Assembly: GCF_037042905.1 (NCBI RefSeq)
Contig: NC_087251.1
Span: 36,458,001-36,522,000 of the forward strand
From: Lytechinus pictus
Taxonomy: Eukaryota
DNA: 64,000 bases
Direction of reading: 5' to 3'
The notes beneath the pieces are model-generated. The model searched no databases and was not told the origin of the DNA. It worked only from the letters and a program-made list of their open reading frames with translations. Shown here piece after piece: positions 1 through 13,534 of the stretch. Position numbers and translations under genes: made by a program. Position 1 is the stretch's first letter; each line of letters opens with the position of its first letter.

Positions 1-87
1 ATAAACGTAAGTATTTTCATGACTTGGTACATGGTTGCTCATGTTGACATTTTCTTATAACATATTTATTTATCCTTCATATTTCAG

Positions 88-263
88 CTCTGAGGAGTGT
101 CCATGGTGAATACTTCTTGAATGGTGATTTCAGTATAGATCTTCCTCACTCCTTCAAAGCAGCCGGTACCACCATAGAGTACAGTAGAAAGGTTGGAGCA
201 CCGCAAGATAAACCGGAAGTCATTACATTCCTTGGACCTTTAGAAGAACCACTCTATGTTGTG
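88..263 (+). CDS. PAPLN: Papilin exon, ADAMTS spacer domain (LRSVHGEYFLNGDFSIDLPHSFKAAGTTIEY...FLGPLEEPLYVV)
   Basis: tttcag acceptor and gtgagt donor; GxYxLNG, AGT and GPLxEPL spacer motifs. Confidence 0.92.
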
Positions 264-1411
264 GTGAGTTGAAATTCTACTGCATTTCCATAGATTAACA
301 TGCGTACAAGCAAAGGTTCAGTCGATATTTTAATGAATTTGTTTAATTCTCACAAGATTTCTTATTTCATTCCATGAAATCATTTATTCAGTTAGTTTTC
401 GCTGATGTGGTTTACGGTACACCATGTGACACCATGTGGAGTGTTATAGAAACAGTGGATAGAAGAAGAGAAGAAATGGATAGGCGAGAAAGTGGAGATT
501 TGAGAGTAGAGTATTCTTTCTTGAAAGTAGTCCTGAACAGTCAGTCCGCAGCCCGTCCGAAAGTGCTCTATTTTATTCAGCGGTATGCATAGCCGTCCGT
601 GGTTATGCATACGTAATGAGCTGTGAAGACGAACTTTCCGATCGGTGTTTTTTGCTCTTAGAATCGTTTATTCCTCACAAAATTGGTCTTATTTTATAGA
701 TAAAACTTTGAAATTTCTGATCAGCTAAATAAAATGCACATTTAATGTATTTTGAAGACCGATATTTAGCTTAGAAAAAATGATTTTTTTCAAGAAATAT
801 ATGTGAATAAACAGAGCGCATTTTTGCACCGAAATTACACTTGCGTCAAATTGATATTATAATCAATATAAAGCGTAGACATTCTTCTTTACGACTGAAA
901 AAGAATTATGAAATTTCATGATGTAGCAAAGTCAGGAACCACAAAAAACCACGGCAATGTCCATCGCAAAATGATTGGAATTGCAGTAGAATTGCCGACG
1001 CGTTCTGATTGGTCAACAGCGGCGCACAGACTTGCAACATTTTATATAGCTTAAAAAACCCGAAGGAAGTATGGAAGAGATTGATGGCGAATTGCGTAAG
1101 CGCATTGTTTTGGCGTGTGCAAGGACCCTGGTTCGAACCCGCCGGACTGTTTTTTTTTTTTTTTTTTTTTTTGGGGGGGGGGGGGTGATGGGGATATGTT
1201 TATGCTTTTTCTTTAAATCATATTCCTTCATCGTTCCTACCCAGCTTTATTCTCTTTTTACTTTCATGTGAAGTTCTATTTAGGCCTGCATTTATTAAAT
1301 CATGGAGCTATTAATAGCTCTATGATTAATTCTTACTTCTTCTTAATCACTGCTTTTGATTTTCAAGTTCTTGATTACACTTATTTGGGCAGGGGTGGGA
1401 AGGGAAGTGAG

Positions 1412-1953
1412 TTAAAGGTCAAGTGCACATCAACAAAAAATTATTTGAATAAATACAGAAATTTCCCTTTTTTAACACAAAACAGTTATATACACAAAAC
1501 AATGGTATGCAAATAGAGTTGATTATGTCACTCACATCACATTACTTTTTAAATTTTTGTTGCATTTTTATTATATAAATTTTAGCAAATTTGATCTAAA
1601 AAATCTTCCTCGAATCACAATAGGTTACATTTATGGAAACTACGAATGTTAATGGAGGAATTAAAATCCCTCTCAAAATTTGTTAATGAAAATTAAAATA
1701 AAATATACATGTCATGTACATGTATCAAACAAAAAAATACACAAGAAATTAGAGTGCTTGTGACATAATCGAGTCTGTAATTTGCACATTGACCAAGATG
1801 AGCATATAATTGTTTTATAAAATTAGGCAAATTTCTCAATGTCAAAATAGTATTTTTTTTAATTTTGAATCATAGTTTTTATGAAATTTTCTGCAATACT
1901 TTATTTTTCTTTAAATTCAAATTAATTTTTTGGTGGGGTGGACTTCTCCTTTA
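1412..1953. mobile_element. TTAA-flanked (Kolobok-like) non-autonomous element
   Basis: ttaaaggtcaagtgcac ... gtggacttctccttta; similar elements at ~17528-17925 and ~38522-38974. Confidence 0.55.
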
Positions 1954-4009
1954 CTCTTTGCTTGGAATAGGGAATGCACATTAATATTTATCCACGAACG
2001 AAATTGTCTAAACATATGCAAATCCGTAATTGGACACATGCTCACTTTCCTTTCATCCAGGCCACTCCCTCACATCCACCAGGTTTACAGTCTTATAACA
2101 AAAATGATGAATTAATTATAATACCATCACACCATAGCTCCATGATCACACAACATTCATACAGTGCTTCACAACAAATATTTCACTTCTGTTCATATAT
2201 GCAATAATTACTGTGGAAAACAAAAACAAGGCGTAACCACATTCAAATACCGTTTAAAAGGACAAATATATTATACCTTCGAAAAAAAAAATGTGAACAT
2301 ACATGGCACTTAACCTTCAGCACATTAGATAACATATAACAGAGTTGCTTGAGAACAAAATATGATTATGGGGCATTGCAAGAAACTTATGTTCAATTTC
2401 AATTGCAAATCAACTACATGTTTGTGTTTAATCAAAGGACTTACCCTTAATTTTGGAATGTGTGATTGAGTAGAAAGTTTCTTGCAATGCACTATTAGTA
2501 ACATTAAAAATGTCCTTTGGTTTTGAATTGTGAATTTTTATTTTTGTCAAGCTGTATTCCTGTCCAAGTCAGTATTCTTAGTCCTCCCCAAAACTGTGCT
2601 CTAATTTTTTTGTTTCCAATATCGATAAAGATAAATTTTCTGTTGTATCAGTCCAAAATTTGCAAACGAAATAAGGGCTTTGTCGAAATCATGGTCTGAC
2701 CATTATAGTACATGATGGACTCTCCCAGAATGAAGTAGCAAGCAGAGACCAGAGTCAGCAAGTATGCAGATCTGTGTGTAGAAGAGACAAAAAAGAGAGA
2801 AATAGTCTAAATTACTAAATAACCATTCAAAGTATGAATTATGTTACATGTACGTCAATTAAGAGACTAACTAAGTTAAGTCTAAGTACTGTCTGTGACA
2901 GCCACAATTTTTTTATTTGAACAAAATGGTCTATAAATACTACTGACTACTGCGTACGGTAGTACCAGACTTTTTAGTTTGACTTTAAACTGTTTATAGT
3001 CTCTAGAGTAGACTGTCTGAGCTAATCATCATTTAATTCTTAACCGCAGCCTGGGCTGGGGCAAAAATCATCATGGGGCTCAACTTCGACTAATTAAGAA
3101 AAAAGGTTAACAATTTTCGACATAAATCAAGAAATATCTCAATCTATAATAAAAACTTGATGGAATTCGGAAACCTGATAATCATTGAATAAAACTTTAG
3201 AAGGGATCTACTTATTAAGCTTCGTTTATATTGAGTCTTAATTTAAAAAAAACAAGTCCACCGTCCACACAGACACATATAATGCGAGCCATCTGCCATC
3301 ATTACAGAAGTTTCAACGTATGGGACCAAAGGCGAAATTCTACCAACCCGCGACGAACGTAATTTTGGCATTATTTCGCGCCATCGTGGAGTGAACGAGA
3401 AGGTTACTTCCGGGTAAAACGTAAATTTCTCGATTTTTAGGGTATCATTTTCTCTAAAATTAAAATATAAGGTGAGTTTGCGTCAAGTTGGTTCTGACAT
3501 ATTTTGAACAGTGACTTTTCTTCTTTCTAAAAAATCCTGATCGAAACAATTTGGTTATGTAGCAAAGTCAGGAACCAAAAGTGAAATTCCGACTACAAAA
3601 TCGCAGTTAAAATATTACTAAAATAAGCATCAATTAAAGAGGTAAAAATGGTAGGTTGAAAATGTCGAAATATGGAAAATTATATACCAAACTGTAGATG
3701 AAGGTCTTGAGAATAACTTACCACAATTCGTTTCGACGTAAACTGAAGTTAGCGACCAGTACAGAGCTATAACTTCAGCCCCTCCAATTCAGTGGGAAAA
3801 TCAAGCCAAATTGATTGCACGTTTTCATTCGGAGACCGCTAGAGGGCCGCTGAATAAATTTCCGTGAATATGCTCATTATCGCGCGAGCTGCGGTCTGAC
3901 TGTGAAAAGGACTGTAAACCAGGAAAGTTTGATGAGTTGAGAACAGCTTGAGTAATAGAGCTGAGATGCTGGCTTGAGTCGGCGAGTAGAGATGATGAGT
4001 ATTAGAGAG

Positions 4010-4050
4010 ACTCGACGTTTCGGACAGGTTGACTGTCCGTCTTCAGGAGT
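4010..4050 (-). ncRNA. Minimal type I hammerhead ribozyme (Penelope-like element/retrozyme type)
   Basis: Minus strand reads actc CTGAAGA c ggacag tcaac ctgtcc GAAA cg TC gagt: full core, 4-bp stem I, 6-bp stem II, palindromic mini stem III. Confidence 0.8.
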
Positions 4051-5349
4051 GAGTGTTCGCTCGGCGTGCGGCGGTACTTGTGGCGTGCGTGCGGACGTGG
4101 GGGAAAGCGCTGGGCCGGCGGTCACGGCAGGCTGACGTCGTAGGTGGTGCTCTGTGTGTGGGTCGGCGGTTTTGGCGGGAAACGTCAGTTAGTTTTGTTT
4201 TATCAGGGTGGCTCTTTCAGCCAAATGTTGTTTACCCAAGAGGCCCACAAACAAAATACAGAAAAGTAGGACAAACTTAAAGATCCATATGAAGTCATAA
4301 ATCTAACCTTCATGCAATTTACTTTAATTGTGTGTAGAAGCTATCATTAAAATAATCTTATAAGTCTTTGTTTAACTTAAAAAGCTAATTACTGAGAATA
4401 AATTTGGGAAAGATGACAATGGTGCTGATGATTTGCACTTGACAGAACACCTGTTATGTGATATGAATTCATATAAACATTGAAAGAAAGGTTATCCTAT
4501 GATAAAGTTATGATAAGATAAAAAATATTTGTGTGTCAGGGGGTGGGCATTGGGAATACAGTGTATAAACAGAGTCAACTGGGAGCGAATATAAGTTATA
4601 ATTATAAATTATGAATATTTCAGAAATCTTGCTGAACATTTCATTCTCTATTCTTATTTTGTAATATCAATGGTAAAGATTTTAATCTTTATATCCTTTT
4701 GGAAAGAATTGCATTGTTGTACAAGATCTGCTTTGATGTTGAAAGTTAACAATTATTCTGAATAGATGTAGTTGTGGCCTTTTGATTAAAGCCCTTACTG
4801 CGTAGACAATAGAGGATAAGAAAAATCTTACAGCCTAGATGATGACTCTAGGGAGAATAAATAGCAGGATTTCAGTATTGTTGCGGCAACTTCAAAAAAC
4901 TAATGTTATCCTTTCCCATTGCCAAATGAAGGTTATTGTGAACAAAAGTAATGTTCAGTAGAGAATTTATGATTACAGAAAATAGGACCGATCGAGGGTC
5001 TAGATGGCAGTACAGGGTGGTTTGCCTTCAATGTTGGATGAAAGAAGAGCCCTTTATTATTGAGTTTGGCCAATTCGCTTTCAGTGGGTTACAGTATTTC
5101 AAAATTACTTTTGAATTATGCTTATCTAACAAAGCAATAAGCAACTTGTTCCCATAAAATAAAAAAAAATTGGCCACACTCTGTAATAAACTGCTCTGAT
5201 TGCATCCAACTTCGGAGGCAAACCACTGTAAACCGATTTCTAAACCGGTAATGTATGATTGCCCTAAGTAGTTTATTATGGTCTGCTTTGAGTTCAAGGC
5301 ATACAAAATTAGAAGGATGAGGCAATGTAAGGTACTGAGGGTTTATTTC

Positions 5350-5725
5350 TGATTCGTCCAATGCCGATTCGTCCAATTGCCTACTGGTCTACTATCATAT
5401 GGTCTACCATCAGTTCATCCACTATCCACATGGTCTCATTGCCAACTCACCATTTTGTCTGATAACCAGTTGGTCCAATAGCCATTTAGTTCATTTGGTC
5501 TAATTGGACTAAGTGTTAATTGTGCAAAATGAATGAAAATTAAATGGATATTAGACCAACTGGTTATAAGACGAAATGGTCATAGACGAAATGGTGATTA
5601 GACGAAGTGATTGGACCAAATGGTTTGTAGACGAACTGTTGATGGACGGAATGGCATTAGACTAAATGAAAGTAGACCATGTGGTGAGTGGACAAGTTGG
5701 CAGTAGACGAATTGGCAGTTTACCA
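5350..5725. repeat. Inverted-arm element of short agacgaaatgg/tagaccaa subrepeats
   Basis: Left arm ttcgtccaa/ggtcta, right arm tagacgaa/tagaccaa; relatives at ~16800-18035 (interrupted) and ~24275-24650. Confidence 0.65.
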
Positions 5726-5921
5726 ATGCTGAGCATGCCCCAAACTTTACTAACCTTGCCTGACATATCAAGTGTTTGTGATGACAATGTGGATTTTCCC
5801 CGAGTAACATTGTCACAAGGATTGTGATTAGGCAGTGTGCAGGTAATGCTTGCAAAAACTCTGTGAATGGCACTGCTCCTCTCTACCTCTTGAAAGAACC
5901 GAGCCATTATCAATAGGTCTT

Positions 5922-6134
5922 TGTTTCACAAAGAGTGAAGTGTGACTTAGAGTCATTCTTAAATGCCGATGCATACCTACGTAACATGCAATCTTATTGA
6001 CTAATAAGGAGAAGCGTGCGTCCTCTAGTTAAGATTTGACCAATCGACGATGCGTTTTATACCCGCACACAACTGGGAATTTACATGAGACTCATACATG
6101 TAAGTCACACCTAAATCTTTGTGAAACACTCCCC
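5922..6134. mobile_element. MITE of the ggggtgtttcacaaag family
   Basis: tgtttcacaaaga ... tctttgtgaaaca TIRs. Confidence 0.75.
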
Positions 6135-9100
6135 AGATTATTATGACGTAAGTTACATAGCAGTCCGCTAGCAAACATGCAAATGGAAAAGTCAGTATTT
6201 TTCAAAGACCTATACTGTTAACCTTGGATCCAACAATGGAGTTTTCATCACTTGTTTGGGGATGGTTGAAAGAACTGCTAACCAACAAATGATGTGTTAG
6301 GAAACGGTTCTATTTAAGGACCTTCTCCTCCTCTTACACCATTGCTTTCACACTCTCGTAATCCATCGGCTTTGTACCTTGCTTCCTCTGCCTGGAGTAG
6401 CAGATCTCTTAAAGGTTCCATTTCAAGAAAACAGGTTGTATGAAGTAGCAGATCTCTTTCAGGTTCATGTTGAAGGGAAAAATACTGTAAATCGACATGT
6501 TTTTCTTTTCTTTCGCTTCAAGTTCATATTCACAATCTTATAAAAATACAGAAACACAGATAAATAGCAGAAACACCCACTAAAAGGATAGAAACAATTG
6601 GAAAAAGAAATACTTATAAAGTAGTATTAAAAATCATTCAAAATGCTTTCAAAATAAAGTCAAGAGTACAACAGAATCATAATACAAGAATGAGAGGAGA
6701 TATCAAATGAGTCACATTGCAATATATTTGAAACATGATAATGGTAAACTAAAATTAGTAAATGTTCACTTAAAGTCTATTTGATGAATAGAATTGCATA
6801 GTCATATTTTGTATCATGATTATCAATTGCTGGTATTGAATCTAATTTCATAAATCTACAAATCATAAATATATCGCAAGTTGATAAAAGAAACGCATTA
6901 TTAACTCAAGTTTTTTGTGGAGCTACTTTATGGATTTCTAAGTAGTATATGACAAAATATATAATTCATTGCGTGTTGTGTCATCGTATTAAGCTGATTC
7001 AAGATTCTTTTAATCCATATCACTATTTGGAAAAATGAAAACTTATATGTAGGCCTATTTGATGTATTGCCAATGCTCTGTGTGCATGCATCTAATTCTT
7101 AATCCTGGAGGAGTGAATTAAGTATGATCGATGAATCAAATACTTCACTCCTACAAAATAAAACACACAAACACCCCCACCCTGTCACGCTAATTTGCAC
7201 ATTTTTTTTTTATATTAGTACTACTCTAACATAATTATTTCTGTCTTATTGGACTAAAAACAATTGAAAATTACCTACATTTATTTTACATATAACTAAC
7301 TTATGAAGCAATGACCACTGATATGAATTCCCTTTCCATGATTTACCCTTGTTTTGTCAATGAAAAGACTTTACTACATTAAAAAAAATTTTGGAGTTCA
7401 TTCAAATCTATGGCATTTTCCGCTAACCACAATCCGGGCCAGAAGTTAATGGCATAATTACCTGTGCAGACATTAAGTGGTATTTATTGGCTTCCCACTG
7501 ATCTAGTTCCTAAATTAACAGTAGATGCCATGACCAATATCAACTACAAATTTGACATTCTGGTGTTATATTTTGTTACTTATTCCAGTCAAAAGTTTAT
7601 GTTAATGGGTTTTCCCTATATTGTTATATATTTTCCATGAGAATAGACTGAGTATGGTTACCTATTTATAGATGCAAGAGTCATGAAATTGACTCTAAAA
7701 GTGTGATCTTCTTACTGGAAAGAGAGAAGTTTTTCATACTCTGATGTTGTATAAAAAAAATGAGAATCTGAGATTTCTTTGTAACATTCCTATGGAATAG
7801 TTTACTCTTAATTTCTAGTGATTTCAATAAATCCAGAGTGGCTGTCGGTGAATAGTGTCCAACCAAATATTGGATCTTGAGTCCCAGGGACCTATTTTTA
7901 GATTTCAAAGGATTTGAATTCAAATCAGCAATGTTAAAAAACATATCTAAGGGTCGGCTTGGTCAATGTTCACAGCAGCTGTGGATTAATTTTAAATCCT
8001 TGTCAATTAGAGTGTAATAATTCTGTAGGATTTACATGTACCTTAATTAGTGCTAAGCAGAAACTATGGCATATAAAGCATTAATCCATTAATAATAAAT
8101 TTTGTAGGGAACTTTGCATTGCATTACCATGAAGAAGGCCTTATCAATTTCTTGTGTCTGTTATCTAAAATGAAACCTGGGTAAAAGTTTTATCAGACCT
8201 TGATTAAGTAAGATGCATTGTCATCATCTAGCTAGACTAGCTCAGATAAGTAAAGTATTGTAGAGTTTCCTCACTTGTCATCATGTCGCTTCCATTGCCA
8301 TGGTAACATGATATTACAGGTGAAAGATCGTTCATGTCTTCTCTAATACCTCCAGGTTCCAGAATGATCCCAATGTGATATCCTTTAAACCTTTCTCTAT
8401 TTTTACCTTTGCGATATTCTAATATTTTCAGAAATCATTTCTATTGTTCTTTTGCAATCATGGTTAAAGTGATGTTTACCAGATCTTTGTTTTTTATGAT
8501 TTAAAGTAATTATAAAATACAATGAAATCAGTACATAAATATAAATATTAAAAAAATAACCTTCATTCCCTTCACCAATCAAGACATACAAATCACAATT
8601 GCATAAAGTTATATAGGATATGAATTTAATCGATTCATGTTTTTTTATAAAAAATGAAAATGCCTCTCTATAAGTAGTTGAAGTTGTCCAATTGACATAC
8701 AATTTATAAAGACAGTCACCTTTACCTTGAAAAATTATCATCAATTATCAATCCTTCAACAAAAAGTAGAGAGAGAAAGATAAACAACTTCTGGCTAAAA
8801 AGATGGCAGACGTAGTGCTTGAGATAGTTGCCATTGCAGATTCAAGATTTAGATCTACATGGCCAGACAAGCAGACATTTTAAGGATTAAATATCTTGTT
8901 GGTAGACACCCTGGTATCAGCATCTCAGTATCATCTAATCCCAGATGAGTGATGTTTTCATGGTTAACTATCTCCACATCCAATCTAGTCTATTACTTGA
9001 TGAAAGAAGGGTCTCATCTGGACTGGATCGTAGTTCAGTGTACCTGAACTCATCATGTTGTAGTTTTTAATTATGTTTTGTTATGAATTATAAAGAGCAT

Positions 9101-9459
9101 TTCATAGAACATATAGTTAGAGTTTCTCACTGACAGCTGTTATAAGCTACTGAATCCTTGCATCTGATTGGCTCAGAGCACATTTTTGTGAAGATCACTG
9201 ACAAGACTCTTCATGAAATGTACCAGTTTTAGGTTGGGATAGTTGGTTAAAATCTAAATAGTCATTAGCCATTATCTATCAATCTTTTTTTTAAAGGAGA
9301 TTATTCAGCCGTCAAATTCACTCACGAAAATTGTTTCTTGAAAAAAATTGTCCTAGTTTCATTTTTAAAATAATTTAGGAAATTGATATAGTATTATTGA
9401 TAGAAGTACAGCAGTGTAAGTAGAGCTAGGTTGTAGTAGTAGAAGTAGTAGTAGTAGTA

Positions 9460-9502
<43 letters not shown>

Positions 9503-9519
9503 CGGTGATGGTGGTATTA

Positions 9520-10166
9520 CACTCTAAAAACACCTCAAATGTTTTCCCAACCTTTTCAAATTGTTTATACCCAACCTTTCAGCGGAATCCAACATTCAAG
9601 TGTTGGGTCGAACTATTTAAAGGGGTAAATGCAACATTAAGAGGCTGTTCTCACTACGTTCCTAAAACTAGTTTACTGGGAACCGGTTCAGAAAGCCAGT
9701 TTGGAAGATTGCTTTGCTAGCGTTCTCACTTGATCACACGAAAGTGGTTTTCAAAATCACTTCACGTATAGCGCTCTTGTTGCTATGGAAACGCTCTCAG
9801 TGGGGAGACACGTTTCGCGCGAAATTCGAAACCGCAGCATAGGCATTCTACACCTGTCGTGTGGAGTAGCGCGCTCAAAATGTGCGAAGATCGCTTCCCG
9901 AGGAACGGTTGTGTCCTCACTTACGCTAAAACCACTTTTCCGATGCGAAGCGATCTTGAAAACTACATCGCGAGGTGGTCTTCCAAACTGGTTTGGAAGA
10001 GCGCTTCCAAGAGCGCTTCGACCGTTCTCACTTAGCGTTAAACTAGTTTCCACTAAACTAGTTTCCACTAAACTAGTTTAAGGAACTGAGTGAGAACAGC
10101 CTCTAAGACAAGGTTGTGATTCCTCCATGCTTTCAAATGTTGATTGAACATTTCATTTTTAGAGGG
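9520..10166. mobile_element. Older MITE (CACTCTAAAAA TIR, TA flanks) hosting the 9641-10103 element
   Basis: ta-cactctaaaaa ... tttttagaggg-ta. Confidence 0.7.
9641..10103. mobile_element. PIF/Harbinger-type MITE
   Basis: TIR gaggctgttctcact...agtgagaacagcctc; TAA target-site duplication on both sides. Confidence 0.88.
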
Positions 10167-10168
10167 TA

Positions 10169-10238
<70 letters not shown>

Positions 10239-10255
10239 AAGTAGTAGCAGTAGTA
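10167..10255. repeat. (GTA)n microsatellite; its other half is at ~9434-9500
   Basis: Directly visible. Confidence 0.95.
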
Positions 10256-13200
10256 AATGTACAAGTAGATGCAAATCTCGATTTAGAAGCAGTAGTTCAG
10301 TTGAAGTAGAAGTTGAAAGAGAGCTAGAAGTAGTACCAGTTATGATGTATTACTTCTGTCCTTCAATTTTGTTAAGTATCATTACTGTCAATGCATTTTT
10401 ATTCCGATGTGATGGTCAAGAGATTCAAACCATGTAAGAATAGATACTCATCGTTTCTCATTGATTCCCTATGTCATGATTGCTAAGATGCGTGTCTCCA
10501 TCAAGGCAGACATCCCTGCAGTGCATAATCCCTGATGAAAGCCTCTTCCATGGTGACCAAAATCCTGTACATTCCCAACAAATATTAGTGATGTGTTGTA
10601 TGTTTAGCTCTATCCTTGTGTGTGACATTCAACATTTAATCTGAAGTGAGTTATTAGAGGGGTGTATATTGAAAAAAAATACCAAGAGATTTTTCAAATG
10701 AAAATATTTGGATTTGAAGATCCACTTGTAAGACAAGAAGGTATTCTCAATATTATGTTTTGTTTTATGAGTTTGTATTTGGTGATTATTTTCATTTTAT
10801 TAAGGAGATATTTTCAGGGATTTTATAGTCAGTAATAATGGATAAATGAAATGCCATTTTTTTGTATGGCAATGCATGAGGGAAATCTCCCTTTATATTC
10901 TATTGTTTGTTTGTTTTATTTCCGTCATAAAAAAATACATAACAATATATATACATGTAAAGAGATACAAGAAGTAACATATACATACATAATGAAATAA
11001 ATTCTAAACATTGATTTTAAAAAAGAAAAGAAAAAATTAATGATTGAAAACATGTTAAGAAAGTTAAAAGATCAAACTTAAGACAAAAGACTGCTGGATA
11101 ACCCATATTCAGCTGCACACCAATTATATGTGCGGCTGGTCTTCCATGGGGACCAAATAAAAGAGAGAGAGAGAGTCATAGGGAGAGGAACATGAGAACA
11201 GGAAAAAAAGACAAAAGAGGGAAAGGAAGGAAGAAAGAAAAGAAAAGGTAGACAAAAGAAAGAAAGAAGGAAAGGAGAAAAAAAATCACTATCAGTTTAT
11301 CACTATCATGATTTAGTGTGTTTTGTCCTCTTTCACTTTGCAATATAATGCTAAGAAATGTTAATTGATGACATTAATTGTACATTTGGGATGATGGGGG
11401 ATGTGGGTCATTTGTATGTAACATAAATCTCTGCTTAGAATACAGTTAGAAATGTCCCTACTCTGTAAAACAGAATACAATTTCTGGTCAGAGATGGGGA
11501 GGGGGTGTATAATACTGCAAGGGGCTCCTCAGTTTTGCCTGATGTAAACATTGAGTGTTTGGAAGTTGTTATCACTGGTAATGCCATCATTGGCACACAC
11601 ATGTCTAGGCTGTCATGTTACCTCGTTCTTGACACGGGAGATCGTTGGTGGGAATTGACAAGTCCTCTATAACATTCATTCAATCATGTCCGCGCACAAT
11701 CTTCCCACATACCCGAATGGAGCGTTGATGGAGGAGTTATTCAATTACTCTTGATGTCTTCTTGGAACGTTTATGTCGGGTAAAGGGTTACAAATTGATG
11801 CACTAACATCTTCAAATTCAATATAAGAAATGTCTTCCTGTATACAAGCATAACAAAGCACCGTGGAGGAGTTATTCAATTATGACCACAGTCATACCAA
11901 GGTAAGCAACTTCAGACTGAACAAAGCTGTTATATTATTTTGAATCGCACTTGATCAGGCGGTTTGGAGTCTGTTCTTTATGGTTACTATAGTGTTGCAT
12001 TATTCTTCATGTCTACTTAAAAATACAGGTAGTATAGAAGAAGAAGCAGGTGCATAAGATAATTAAAGAAAAGTACATGAACCTGGATGCTATAAGTTCA
12101 TATTCATGGTGTTCAGATTTAGTTTGGGGAAGAAACTATGCATTCTTCATACCACCCACATTTATAAGATAAAGAGAAACTGTTGATAATTGAGTCTCAG
12201 AATATGTTTTTTTTTTTGTGAAAAAAAAAAAATAGGTTGGTGGCGGGGTCATTGCAGATAGAAGATTAACTTTTATTCCAGGGGATTCTGAAAAACGGGG
12301 GAGGGGGAGTTGGGATGAGGAAGAGCTTTCGGTACTCCCCCCCCCCTCCCAACATAAAAATGTGCATTGGGAGAGGGGGGGTTTGGCTGGGTTGGGATGA
12401 GGAGGAGCTTTCGGTACTCCCCCCCTCCCAACATAAAAATGTGCATGGAGAGAGGGGAGGGGGGTGCCAAAAGCACCTCCTCATCCCAACCCACCCCTCT
12501 CCCCATGCACATTTTTATGTTTGATGCTCATGGACAATAGCAATATGTTAACAAATTAAAGAAAATGTCACATGTTTTGGGAGTCTGTTCTCCCAGTTCC
12601 ATTTTAGAAGTCTTCCGTGCCACCTGCATTTTCTTTAAAAAATCTAGGATAGTCCCTAATCATTGAAATAATTGTGCAATTTCAATTTTTTTATTTTTTA
12701 AACCGAAACCCCCCCCCCCCCATACAATAGAATAACACACACACCAACAAAAAAAAATCTGTGACCCACTCTAAAAGCTGAAGCATGGGAACTGTCTTCA
12801 GTTAAAAAGGGAACCACATGCCCTGGACTTACCAAATACCCCTAAATACTTATCTTTGTTCATACTAGTAAAGACCTGTAGAAGGTGGAAAAAAAGGTTT
12901 CATACTGGAGCTAGCATGTTAAATGTGCAAGGTAGCCGAGATTTGACCTTGTTTTTCGCACCTTTATTCCTATGAAGCGTTTTGTACAGTTCCAGCCTAA
13001 AAGTGCAAGCCAACAATTTCATGTTCTCATTCAAACTACATATAAGTTGATTTCAATATCTAATAGAATTAGGTTACCCTCTCACACAACCTGAAAGTGC
13101 TCCCTGTTCGAACGTTGAGAGTTGTTTATCTGCCAGTACCCTGAGATGTAGGCTGCAAATGAATTGACTTGAATGTGTGTTATCATGACCATTATATCAT

Positions 13201-13534
13201 TAAATTGCCTCTCGTGTTACATGTACTTTTCTTTCAATGTGTAAGGCTTGGGGTTAGTATGTAGGACAAAAAAAAATCAGTCTGTTCATTTTATATGGAA
13301 CTATGGACAGGGTTCCTTTACCTGGGATGTTCTGTGGAGTGTTTCATTGGAACATATTTCACAACTAATGTTGTTTTGGGCATATCACATGCATGGAGTT
13401 CAGGAGCCTTTTACAGTTGTCAGTTAAAGTCACAGACTATTTCTTCATGAAATGATCCCCTGTTCTGTTCATAACACAAAATCCCTGCAAATTTTTTTAA
13501 AATCCAGATTGATAATACATTACCTGCTGGAAAG

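Noticed and set aside
1..12. gtaagt at 7-12 as donor of the preceding papilin exon
   Set aside because: It would give K-P-L-R-S rather than the usual YL-A-L-R-S of the spacer domain, and there is too little upstream sequence to judge.
9757..10437. ORFs of 68-103 aa on both strands
   Set aside because: They lie in a MITE and a (GTA)n tract and have no recognisable domain.
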